Source: Azolla caroliniana
Taxonomy: Eukaryota; Plantae; Polypodiophyta
DNA length: 64,000 nt
Assembly: GCA_043228905.1 (NCBI GenBank)
Contig: JBHGNT010000009.1
Coordinates: 16,988,001-17,052,000 of the forward strand
Reading direction: 5' to 3'
A program made the translations under genes and the position numbers. The notes beneath the pieces were generated by a model. The model was given only the letters and a program-made list of their open reading frames with translations. It was not told where the DNA came from and made no database searches. Positions 11,348-23,600 of this stretch are shown here, one piece after another. Within the stretch, counting starts at the first letter, position 1; every line of letters starts with the position of its first letter.

Positions 11348-13852
11348 AACACCGGAGAGCTGGAACTCCGACGGAAGAGGGAAAGGAAAAACGATTCTGA
11401 CATTCAAACTTGCTTCGGACATCGAGCAATGGAAGGACATAAAGAAAGTGTTCAAGGAGAGAATCCTCGATAGTCGGGCCTCGCTTCGGGAACTACTCGG
11501 AATAGCAAAAAAGGAGTTCCATGATCTTCTTGTGGACCTCATGAAAAGAAAAAGACAAACTATGGAGGAAAATGTGCCGATTGTGAATGCAAATACCGTT
11601 CTGATGAACGACACCGAAGTGGAGGAGGAGATTCCGAATTCCCACTATACAAAGCCACACTGGGCGCGCGCAACTACCGAGACTCCGGTCCGAATCAACA
11701 ACATCAAAGAGCCCGTGCTAGCATTGATTGATCACAGATCGGAGATCAATTTGATGTCTAAGGAGTGTTACTGGAAGGGGAAGTGGTCTATTAACACCAA
11801 TCATGGATGGAAGATCCGGGTGGCCACTAAAGCAACGGAAGATCTATTTGCGGCTTGTCCGGATGTGATGGTGAAGATTGGGGATTCATACAAGATGAGG
11901 TCTCACACTCCGTGATCTTCGGGCAACCCTTTATCACAGCTTCATGGATGGAGACGTAGGTGCTCGATAGCGGTGCGGCTTTTGCACGAATTCGGAGCCA
12001 AAACGGAGGGAAATCCGTCCAATTACAAACAGTGCCAGCAAATCATGAAAGGAACAAGAGAGAGCTCTTGTCCCAACAAGAATGGATTTTTAGAGCGGAC
12101 TGTTGCGGAGTGGGGAAGTGATATAGTTCGAGAAGCCCTGATACCCCACACAGGAAGAAAATTCTTGGAGCAAAACAAGTATGAATCGGTCCGGATGGGG
12201 CATCCACGTACACGGCTGTAACCGGAGGAATGAAGAAAGAATACCGAAAAGTGGAGGATAAGTTACGATCGACATCAATAATAAAAGAGGACGAAGAAAT
12301 CGTGGGAATAGTTGAAGAAGTGTTCTATGGGAGCACGCTACAACGGCTTGAAGAGCTCGCGGAAGATACCAACCAGGGAAACCGGGTAATTCTGGTGGAA
12401 TCGGTCGAGATGTACGAGATCATTGCGAAAATGGGGCCGGATGTGCTCCGTAAAGAAGAAGCAATGGTAAGTACGAAATACAAGACCGTGGAGAAGAAGG
12501 TGAAACCGGACGCGGGACCACTACCCGCCGATAGCGAACAAAAGAGGAAAGAAGTCTCGGGAGATCCGACACTTCGGAAGTCTGTGGATATCGGACATGT
12601 CTTCACGGATGAGACCTGGAAGAAACTTCGGATCGGTGGAGGTGGTTTCCTCTTACAAAAAGAAGAAGAACGGTTTCATGAGATGTTGGAGCAACATGGC
12701 AAAGCATTCACATTCACATCAAGGGAGATAGGATGCATTGATCTGAAGATAGTGGAGCCGATTGTGATCTTCATGATTGACCATGTGCCATGGAACCTGA
12801 AGCCGATTCCGGTGCCACGGGTGCATATTCCGAAAGTCATCGACTTGCTCAAGGAGAAGGTGGCGATGGGGATTCTGGAGCCATCAAACGTTCCATACTC
12901 GAATTGATGGTTTACGGTTCCGAAGAAGAATGGATCACTCCGATTTATCCAAGACTTGCAACCGGTGAGCAAGGTCACGATCCAGAACTCGGGAGTCAGT
13001 CCGATAGTGGACGAATTTGCGGAAGCTTTTGCCGGACGCGCGATATACTCCATCGGAGACCTATACTCCGGGTATGACCAATTCCAACAAGTCGTGGAGA
13101 GCCGAGACATCACCACCATGCGGAGACCGATAGGGTTAGTTTGAATGTGTACACTACCACAAGGAGCGACAAACTTGGTTACACATATGATGAATGCAAT
13201 GAACAAGGTGCTTTGAGATTGCATCCCGGAGATAACGATGTTGTTCCTAGATGACATTCCGATGAAAGGATGCGGGGTAGAAGAAAAAGATGAAACTATG
13301 GATGATCGAGGATGCCGAAAGTTCGTAGTCGACCATATTTGCGATTACGAGAAAGTGCTTCGAAAGTTAGAAGATGTGCACCTAACACTTTCTGGGGAGA
13401 AATCGGCATTCAGACAAGAAGAGATATTGGTAGTCGGACATCTATGTTGGCCCTATGGCCGAAGACCGTTACCGACCAAGATCAATGCGGTTCAAGCTAT
13501 GAAAGAAATATGCGAGTCAAAATCCGAAGTCCGAAGGTTTCTCGGAGCATGTGCATTCTACCACATATGGATTCCGCACTATGCACATAGTGCGGACCCA
13601 CTCTATCACTTGTTGCAGAAGGGTAAGAAGTTCGAATGGAAACCGGAGCATACGATAGCCGTGAGAAAGCTCAAGAAATCACTACGGAGGGCAAAAGCAC
13701 TAAAGAAGCTGAACTATGACCGACCGATCATAGTAACAGTTGACACAAGTCCAATCGGAATTGGATGGGTCATCAATCAAGGCGATCCGGATGGTTCGCG
13801 ATATCCGATCTGATTCGGAGCAAAGGTTCTCAATGAAAGACAATGTGGGTAT
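11348..13852 (+). pseudogene. Outer Gypsy gag C-terminus, protease, RT and RNase H N-terminus (fragmented)
   Basis: LIDHRSEINLM (protease), WNLKPIPVP, GDLYSGYDQF, FLDDIPMKG, VTVDTSPIGIGW. Confidence 0.88.
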
Positions 13853-14224
13853 TGTTGAGCGGCAAGCTCAACCAGATCCGGATCGGCTGAATAAGCTTGA
13901 GCCGGATCGGCATACGAAAGGATGCGCCGGATGAGTGACCTGGTGAGCAACTGAGCCGGTGAGCTGGGGAGCTGGTTAGCCGGATCCAGGAGTAACCGGA
14001 AGCCTAGTAATAGCTTAGATTATTAGGTAGTTAATAGTCTTGTAGTTAGTGCTAGACGCTCGAGTGAGCATTGAAGTACGCGGTACTTCTGTCAGTCCTC
14101 TCAGGACTTGTATAAATAGTGCTATTGAGCACGTTTCATGTACAGAGAACTATTATTGTTTTGTAATAGATTATTGTTCTACTCTCTCTGTCTCTCCCGA
14201 GTACTCTCTATATTCTGTGTACTA

Positions 14225-14258
<34 letters not shown>

Positions 14259-14411
14259 ACTGCTACGCATCCAAGCTATTGTCTTACACTTCCGCACATA
14301 ATCCTTCACATGGTATTTGAGCGCGAGGGTTGAAGACCTCTGCAGCCGACATTTGCTTTCACAAGACAAACCCTACAGGTTGTGAGAACAAAACAGTAGA
14401 CAGGAAAAAAT

Positions 14412-17400
14412 ATGGACAGAGGTATGGCGAGTTCACTTCCTACAGAGAAGCTTGACCGAAGCAACTACGCGTCCTGGTCATAAAAAATGCACTAGTACCT
14501 ACTGGGGCATGGGTATTGGAGTTTCGTGGAAGGAACGAATGAGGTAGCACCAGAGTCTGGACACAAGGACTTCCCGGTATGGGAGCAAAGAGCGAGCCGA
14601 GTATTATACTGCCTCGCGTCTTGTGTGCATGACCAGGTGCTCGGCTACATCAGGGATGCAAAGACGCCGAAGGAGGCCTAGGAAAATTTGCGTAAGATTT
14701 TCGCCGCAAGTACCATAGCCCGTAAGTTGCAGCTCCGGCAAGAGCTGAACAACATCCGACAAAGAGATATGTCGGTTACGGACTACACCACCAAAATAAA
14801 GGAGATTTGCGATGCTCTTGGGTCCATCAACATGACGGTGGACGAAGACGAAATGGTATAAATCTTCCTTGGTGGTCTAGCGCAAAGGTACGGGCCAATC
14901 CGGACAACGATCTGCACCCAAGAGAAACCACTGACCTTCTTCGACTTGCAATCGATGCTGATGGTCGAAGAAAACCATGCGAGTGGGTCTAGGACCACTC
15001 AATCGGACAACAGAATGTTGTACACGAAGGCGGATAGGCCCCGTGTGCATGGGGGGCGACGTGGGTCGGCACGCACTAGAGACAGCCGGCAAGAGCAGGA
15101 AAGAAGGCACAGAGAACGTGCCAACAGCAGTTCCGGGACTTCCACAAGCAGGGGGAGTCAAGGCAGCGTCGGAGGCCAGCAAGATAAATCCACCACGGAA
15201 TGCTAGTACTGTGGCAAAAAGGGCCATAGAGAAAGCGAGTGCTTGAAGAAGCATGCCGATTCGGATAAATCTGGATCTGGCGAAACCGGTCGGGAGAACC
15301 GGCAAAGCTCGCACTACGCACAAGGATCGAAAGGATCCGGAACCGGGAAGACCGGTAAGGGGTCAGCCTTGGTGATGAAGCACGAGGCAAATTCGATGAA
15401 GAAGACCACTTCCAACTCGGAGGAAGTATGGTATGTTGATTCCGGTGCGTCGAATCACATGATGAGCCACAAAGAGTGGTTCACCTTCCTGGAGAAACCA
15501 GAACAACTGAGAGTTGTCGAAACCGGAGACGACACTCCTCACCCAATCGTGCATATCGGAGAAGTCCCTTTGAGCCACGTCGGATAGAGGGGGAAGCTGA
15601 TGAACGTATTACACGTTCAGACCATCATGAAGAACCTGGTGTCGGTTGGACAGATAGTCGACCAGGGGATGTAGGTGCGGTTTACGCACCTCGGGTGCTT
15701 CATCGAGGAAGAGGGCCAAATCATTGCGCAAGGGTGCAGAGATGGGAGGATGTTCATCCTCAACACCAATGACGTCGGCACCGCATTGTTCGCCAAAGGA
15801 TAGAAGATTGAATCAGATATTGATCTCTGGCACAAGTGGATCGGCCACGTCAATTACCAGCAGCTTAAAGACATGCAAACGAAACAAGTTGTTTTTGGTT
15901 TGCCGAAGTTTAGTGGCCGAAAGGCCCATGTATGTGAAGCCTGCCAACTCGGGAAGCAACACCGGCTTCCATTGCCCACCGAATGAAACCGTAGCCATAA
16001 CAAGCTCGACCTTATTCATTCGGATGTATGGGGACCAACACAGAACATGAGTCTTGGTGGGAGTTGATATTTCTTCTCCTTCATCGACGACTACACCCGA
16101 CACATATAGATCTACCTCATTGAGCGGAAGAGCGAAGTCTTCGAATTTTTCCGGAACTTGCAAAGCTTGGTTGAACGGGAAATGGAAAGAAAGATCAAGT
16201 GCCTGCAGTCAGATGGCGGGAAAGAATATTTTTCCGACCAAATTCCACAGTTATTTGCAGCAAACAGGAATTCGGCGAGAGTTTAGCTGCAGATACACAC
16301 CGGAACAAAACGAGGGAGCCGAAAGGAAGAACTGGTCGCTTATCGATGCGGCAACGACAATGCTGAAGGAGAAGAGCACGCCCCATTTCTACTGGGCGGA
16401 GGCGGTTCAGACGGTTGTCTACATCCAAAACCGGATCGGTGACAAGGTGTCCGCGCATGAGCTATATTTCGGGCACAAACCGAATTTGCGACACCTTCAG
16501 ATGTTCGGCAACATTGCATATGTGCATGTGCCGGATGAGACGCGGAGGAAGTTGGATGCAAAGTCGGAGAAATGCATCCTAGTCGGTTACTCGCATGAGC
16601 AAAAGGGGTATAAGTGTTATAACCCCTGGACAAAGTAGGTCAAAGTTGGCCGGGATTTTGAGTTTGATGAGACGGCATCATGGTATGCCTTACCGGCTGC
16701 GACTTCTGACCCCGACCCAATACTGGAGGATGAGGCTAGTGAGCCTGAACCGGCCCTGGTAGAAGATGATGAATCCGGGACTCAAGAAGAGAGTCTGGAA
16801 TCGTGTCGGTTGAGTGGGCCGAACGAGAGACTAGGTCAATCCGACAAGTTCGATGTGGAACCGGTGAGTAGTAAAGACTCTATCGTGCTCTCCCTGCGCA
16901 AGGAACCGAGGAGACGGTTCACACGCAAAGAGAAGGGGAAGAAGAAGATGCCAGATTATGAAACTGGTAATGATGAGTCGGATCGGAGCGGATCCGACTC
17001 TGGAAAGGAAAATGACGGTTCTTCGGCAACAAAAACCAAACTGGCCAAGAAGAGCCTCAAACCGGGTAACGGTGAGTTATGCCGGTCAACCAGCCAGAAG
17101 AACCCCGTGACGTGGTACGGGTACAATGAGTACATGGCGCATCACTATGTGTACATGACCAAGGTGGCAGAAGTGCGTGAGCCGGAGAGCTACGCAGAAG
17201 CGGCAAAGGACACACATTGGCATGCTGCTATGGAAGAAGAGATGTGGGCACTTGATGCCAATGACAGATGGGACCTAGTTGACCCTCCCTGACGTTGTAA
17301 ACCGATTGGATGTAATTGGGTGTACAAGGCCCGGTTAGTGGCGAAGGGATACTCGCAGACCCACGGAATCGACTACGATGAGACCTTCGCTCCAGTAGCG

Positions 17401-18654
17401 AAGGTAACGACAGGTCGTGTGGTGTTGGTGGTTGCTGCGGCAAGGGAGTGGCATCTTCACTAGATGGACGTAAAGAATGCATTTCTTCAAGGAGATATTG
17501 AAGAAGAGGTCTTTATGACCCAACCTCCCGGTTTCCAGACGGAGATGAACAAGTTGGCGCTATGCCGGCTGAAGAAGTCACTTTATGGCCTGAACCAAGC
17601 CCCCCGAGCTTTGAATGCGAAGGTCACGCACCGGTTGCGTAAGATGGGGTTTGTGGCCTCCAAGTCTGGCTCTTCGTTGTTCATCCGGCAAGGTCCGGAC
17701 GGTTCGGTTTGCATCTTGCTGTATGTTGATCATCTAGTCATCACCGAGCCCAGACTCGATGAAATCAGCCGAATCAAGTCCTAGTTGTTGGATACGTTTG
17801 AGATGAAGGACCTGGGGGACCTTCATTATTTTCTTGGGATCGAGGTGATCTGAACCCCCGATGGCATATTGCTCTCACAAAGATACTATGTGTTGAATAT
17901 GTTGTACAAGTTCAGCATGATAGAATGCCGGCTTGTCTCAACACCCCTGGACTGGAACCAGAAGCTCTGTCCCAACTCCGAACCGGCCTACGATGAGAAA
18001 CGGTTCTGACAAATTATCGGAAGCCTTATATATTTGACCATCACCCGACCCGACATCAGCTATCCGGTCGGTGTGATTAGTCAATTCATGCAGAAGCCAA
18101 CCGTAGAGCATCTTCAATGTATGCACCGAATACTGCGGTATGTGAGCGGCACAAAGGACCGGGGACTGTTATATCGGCGAGGTATAACCGAAGAGCTAGT
18201 CGGTTACACGAATGCTGACTGGGCCGACGATGCATCAGATCGCTAATCAACTTCCGGTTACATGTTTTCCCTACCTACCGTGGCTGTTGCGTGGAGTAGC
18301 AAAAAGCAGCCAACAGTGGCTCTATCGAGCACTGAGTCTGAGTATTGGGGCGCTACCGTCACCACCTGTGAAGCCATTTGGCTTCAGCGACTGCTGCAAG
18401 ACCTACGGATCGAGGTACCAACCCTGATCCTGATCTACTGCGACAATATGAGTACCATGCAGCTTGCCAAGAACCCCGTGTTCCATGCTCGCACAAAGCA
18501 CATAGAAGTGCATTATCACTTCGTGCGTGAGCGGGTCCTGAGCGGTGAAGTAGAACTTCGGTATGTTCATACGGCTCAACAAGTCGCCGACATCTTCACC
18601 AAACCGCTCGGATCGAACAAGTTGCAGCACTTCACCGAAATGCTTGGTGTTTAG
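14412..18654 (+). pseudogene. Copia gag-pol pseudogene
   Basis: gag, PR, INT, RT, RH order with many TAG/TGA stops. Confidence 0.9.
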
Positions 18655-19390
18655 GATCTCGACATGCCACACTTGCGGGGAGAACGGGCAAAGACACCAG
18701 AACGGGCAAAGGCAAAGAGACTGCCGATTGCGCCGGTGAGGGAAGAACCGATAAAGGGAGAGACAAGAAGAAGAAAGGAGCCGAGTCGACAAAGAAAGTT
18801 GACACATCCGAACAAGTCGGAACAAGCGGCAGCGGAGGCACAGTCAAGAAGGACAGAGCCGACTGGAAGAAGAAGGCCAAGACTCGGACATGGTCCGATG
18901 TGGTGAAGGGCCTAGAACCAGAAGACGAATCGGGAGTGACCGATTCAGACAAGAGCTGGAACGAATCGGAGATAGTCGATTCGATTCTATAGAAGGATTT
19001 GGAAGAACTGGATCAATTCAAGGCCAAGAGGACGAAAAGGCAGCGAAAGTCGATGCCAACCAGAAGGAATCGGCGAATCGGCAAGAGCCGAAGTCACAGC
19101 AGCAAGGGAGCTGAATTGGGCCTGTTGAGCAGACAAGCCGATCGAGGAGGTCGAGGTACGCATGAACAAAAGGGTTGCAGAAAACAGGACCGGACCAGAC
19201 GGGGAGCGTGAGCGAGGCAGAATGATGCTAGAAGGAGCCAGGTGGAAGGACCGGCCACCATGGAGACTGACACTATGATCCGACCTCAAGTTGAGCGTGA
19301 CGGGGAGTGTTGAGCGGCAAGCTCAACCGGATCCGGATCGGCATCTGGAAGGATGAGCCGGATCGGTGACCCGGTAAGCAAGTGAGCCGG

Positions 19391-20185
19391 TGTCGCGAAG
19401 TTTCGCGCGTGTGTGTAGAAGGGCGGGACCACAGGGGGTCTCAGACGAGGGAAGAAGGGAAGCCGAGAAGACAATTCCGGACGCGTTCCGGAAGAAACCG
19501 AACGGGGGAGAGAGAGAGAGAGAGTGCGCTTGACACCGACTCACACCCACACACACACACCACACCGACCCAACTCACGACCTTATGTACAGGAACGGAG
19601 GTAAGAGAATACCAAAACACCCACACAAACACCGGTGCGCAGAACCTTGCATGCATATATAACAAGACTAAGATACAATATTGGTATCGAACCTGACCTA
19701 AGTAGCTCAGGTTACAACAATCGTCTACTGCCAAGCCGTCGGTCAGGGAGCTCTCGGGTTGGTCGTGCCGAGCAGGGTCTTGCATAGAAAACGGGCAGAA
19801 AATAGGAACACGAGATGCCAAGGCTCGATACTCAGAATGACGAAGAGGAAGAAGCGGGGAAGAGAAACGAAACCGTAAATAAGAGGAAAGAAAGAGGAAG
19901 AGAGAACGTTTCTTCCTCTAACGGTATACCCTACGAATGCAAAAATGGGCAACGCTTTCACAAGAGGCGCTCCCTTCCTTTTATAGAACAAGGAGGGAAA
20001 TGCGTTACAATGTGGGATAAATCCCGACTTACATGGGATTCTTGTCCCGACTTGATTACCCTTCGGCGCCATAAAGGCGCCCTCGTTATTCACACTAAAT
20101 GTACAAGGGTGAGCGCGCATGCTGCACCCCACCGATGTAGCCAATATTTCCCGGTTTCCGCCTCTAGCCGAAATTCTTCACGACA
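19391..20185 (-). mobile_element. Solo LTR of the Trp-primed Gypsy group, inside the Copia 3' LTR
   Basis: TGTCG...CGACA ends; 4-bp TSD CCGG; its reverse-complemented end (GACCCCCTGTGGTC...CACACGCGCGAAACTTCGCGACA) resembles the LTR end at 21261-21310. Confidence 0.88.
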
Positions 20186-20452
20186 CCGGTGAGCTGGGGG
20201 GCCGGTTAGCCGGATCCAGTAGTAACCAGAAGCCTAGTAATAACTTAGATTACTAGGTAGTTAATAGTCTCGTAGTAAGTGACAGACGCTCGAGTGAGCA
20301 TTGAAGTACGCGGTACTTCTGTGAGTCCTCTCAGGACTTGTATAAATAGTGATGTGGAGCACGTTTCATGTACAGAGAACTATTGTTGTTTTGTAATAGA
20401 TTATTGTTCTGCTCTCTCTGACTTTCCTGAGTACTCTCTGTATTCTGTGTAC

Positions 20453-20489
<37 letters not shown>

Positions 20490-20663
20490 GCTATGCAGCC
20501 AAGCTGTTGTCTTACGCTTCCGCACATAATCCTTCATAGGTATGCACAAGTAAAAAGAGAATTATGGGGAGTCGTGTTGGCAATCAATTCGGATCGAGAT
20601 TATTTGATCGGAGCCGAAGTAGTGATCGAAACGGATTGTCTTCCGATACTCGGGATGATGCGG

Positions 20664-23600
20664 TGTCGTGACGATTTTTGGCTACGGTGTGAAACCGAGT
20701 GAGACGAATAAACCAAGGATGTGCAACATTGCACATACACTTAGCAAATAAGCCTCCTAAGGCCTAGTGGCACTTGAGTTCATACAGAGGGGTGCAAGCA
20801 AGGTTTGAACCTTGCACCTCTAAGATACAAGATAATTGCCTTACCACTAGGACAACTATCATATAGTGTAGATGTTATGTATTTCCTTTTCATATACAAA
20901 TTATAGACGAAACAACCATAGAAAACCATGTGCACAAAACCATGGTTTTAAACCCATGGTTTGTGCATGACATAAGCAAAACCGTGTGCACAAAACCATG
21001 GTTTTAGCCCATGGTTTTGTGCATGTCACGAGCATGGAAAGACCTATAAAAGCCTCTAGTTGGGCTTGTGTAAGGGGGGCTCAATATGTGATATCACCAA
21101 CACCATTATCATCAATATAATTATATTTGTCTTTATCTTCTTCTTATTTTTCTACTTCTCAAGTGTACAATCTTTCTTCTTCTCAAGTAAACCAATTTCA
21201 TCTAATCTTACATTGATCGTCATCTCTTCGATAATTCCGCGAACATCCTCCCCAGTCCAAGACCCCGGTGGTCGCTCGAGTAGCACACGCACGCGCGAAT
21301 CTTCGCGACATCATTTGGTGAACCCGACGTGAAGAGCAGCAGGGGAGGACGAAGATGGATGGCGAATATCTCATGGAGGCAATGTCAAGAAGGATAATGG
21401 AGTTTCTTAGAGAAGGGAAAAGAAGAAATGAAGCCCAACAAGCCGTCGACAAGGTAGTCGAACGAATGAGCTATTTCAACGGTGCCGAAGTCCAAAGTTT
21501 CCTAAAAGTCTACAATGCGGAGATGGATTCAAGAGGTGTGGACAAAGCTATGAGGCTAGAGTACTTTTGTCGGGTGGTGTCTCAACCGATCTTCAAAGAT
21601 GTAGAAGAGCTTCTAGAAGCTCATGATTCGTGGGCGACTTTCGAGAAGGCTCTTTTGGAGGAATATGACTATGAGAGACTAAAGGGACAAGATCGACGCA
21701 ACTTCGACCAATGGGTGACATCAGCGAAGATCTACGAAGGTGCGACACAAGCATTCGTAGACTTCGAGCATCATTTTTCTCAATTGTCGGAGCGGGAACA
21801 AAGATTGTTGGGGGTCGATAAGGTCCTTATGTTCGTGAAGTCAATCGATCGAATGGAAAGGATGGCGATCGGCCTCAAACTCGAAGAAGATGATGGTGCA
21901 AATGGCCTCATCGAGGATTGGAGCAAAGTGGAAAGTGTATGCCGACTACACGATAAGGGGCAAGCTAGAATATCGATGACAACAAGACGGCCCATGAGGG
22001 ACGATCGAAGAGGGACGAGATGCAACAACGCACCACCAACAAAAGAAATGAAGCTTAGAAGGGAGACAAAACCGAGGCGAATGGTGATCGAGGAAGAAGA
22101 GACCTCCCAACAAATGCGGGTTAATGAAGTGGCCGATACAAAGGCTCTGGTTCGGTATGACGGTACCGAGAGAGAAGGTGTGAAACAAGTCACCTTCTTG
22201 TCTTACAAAGAAACGACGGCGAAGGAGGAGGCCGATGACTCGAGGACGGTGAACGCCACTTCGAGGGAGGATAAATGTTTCGGAACACGCATTGTGTACG
22301 AAACATCGGGTGATGACGGCGCAAGCATGAGAAAAGCTTGCATGATCGAGGGAGAAAAAGTGTTTGAGTCTGAAGAGATTGAGGAGGTAGCCATGACAAA
22401 CGACATCGAGTCGGAGGTGGCTATGGATCAGTCGACGACGGATAGCCATGTCGACACTTTCTTCACGCTTGTTCCAGAGACTTCGGCGGTTGCGCCCATG
22501 TGCCAACGTGAGACCGGAGAGACGGAAGGTGGTGACGGGAAGACGAAGGCCCAACACAAGGAGGAAGAAGATCGAGGAAGAAAGGATATCCCCACACCTA
22601 TTCTAGAGACTTCGGCGGTTGTGCACGTGCACCAACGTGAGACCGGAGAGACAGAATGTGTGGACAAAAAAGAGGACGACCGGAAGGGCGATGAAGAAGA
22701 CAAGGTAAATGTAAATGAACGAAGGGATTCCTTCACACTGGTTCCGGAGACTTCGGCAGTCGAGACCGTGTGTCGACATAAGACCGAAGATAAAGGAGGT
22801 GGCGAAGAGGAGACAATATGGCTCGAGGCGAGCATACACGGAGGGAAGGATATGGCCGACGTGGAGGCCAAGGATGAAGCTGCGGTTGAGTTCGATGGAG
22901 AGGTTGCATGCGGGAAGGAAGGAAGAGTCGAGAACCGGTTGAACCGGAAGACGATCCGGCCGGGATTCCGACCCGAACGAAGGAAGATCCACATGGGAGC
23001 CGATCGACCGGGGCCGACCCGGCCGAAACCTGATTCGGCGAAAATCGATCGGACGATTCCGATCCAAAAGGGGGCCGACCCAGCCAGAATCAATCGGTCG
23101 AGCCCGACCCGGGGAAATGTGAATGCAGACGAAGGCCAACCAAGCCAAGAAGCGATCGGTGGAGACCGATCCGGACAAGGGCAAACCCGGCCTAATCGGA
23201 GATCGACACGAACGATCTACAATACCCAGTTGAAGACAGTGAGCGTGAGGAGTGACCAGGAGTCCAATCGAAGGACACGCGCGGTGGACGAAGGAAGAGC
23301 GGTCGTATCGACGACATCGTTCGGTAGATCTACTACAACCGATCGGGGAAGAAGGTGTGAGTGCCGGATATGGTGGATCGGGTGGCTATGGTGGTTCGGT
23401 TGGAAAGATTGCGCATACTCGAAGTGGAAGACGAAGTCAGACGAGGAACTCGGTTGATCACCGTTGCCAAAGATCTCACCTCTTCACCTTTCTCGGCACA
23501 TACCGGAGGATGTGCGGGTTTGGTGGGGGTGGATGTCGTGACGATTTTTGGCTACGGTGTGAAACCGAGTGAGACGAATAAACCAAGGATGTGCAACATT

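Larger units (their letters stand above)
13853..20538 (+). mobile_element. Ty1/Copia element (TGTTGAG-LTR family), full length but degenerate
   Basis: TSD GGTAT (13848-13852 and 20539-20543); 5' LTR 13853-14310; mutated iMet PBS at 14311; 3' LTR 19308-20538, interrupted by a solo LTR; WYVDSGASNHM, MDVKNAFLQGD, HARTKHIEVHYHFVRE. Confidence 0.93.
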
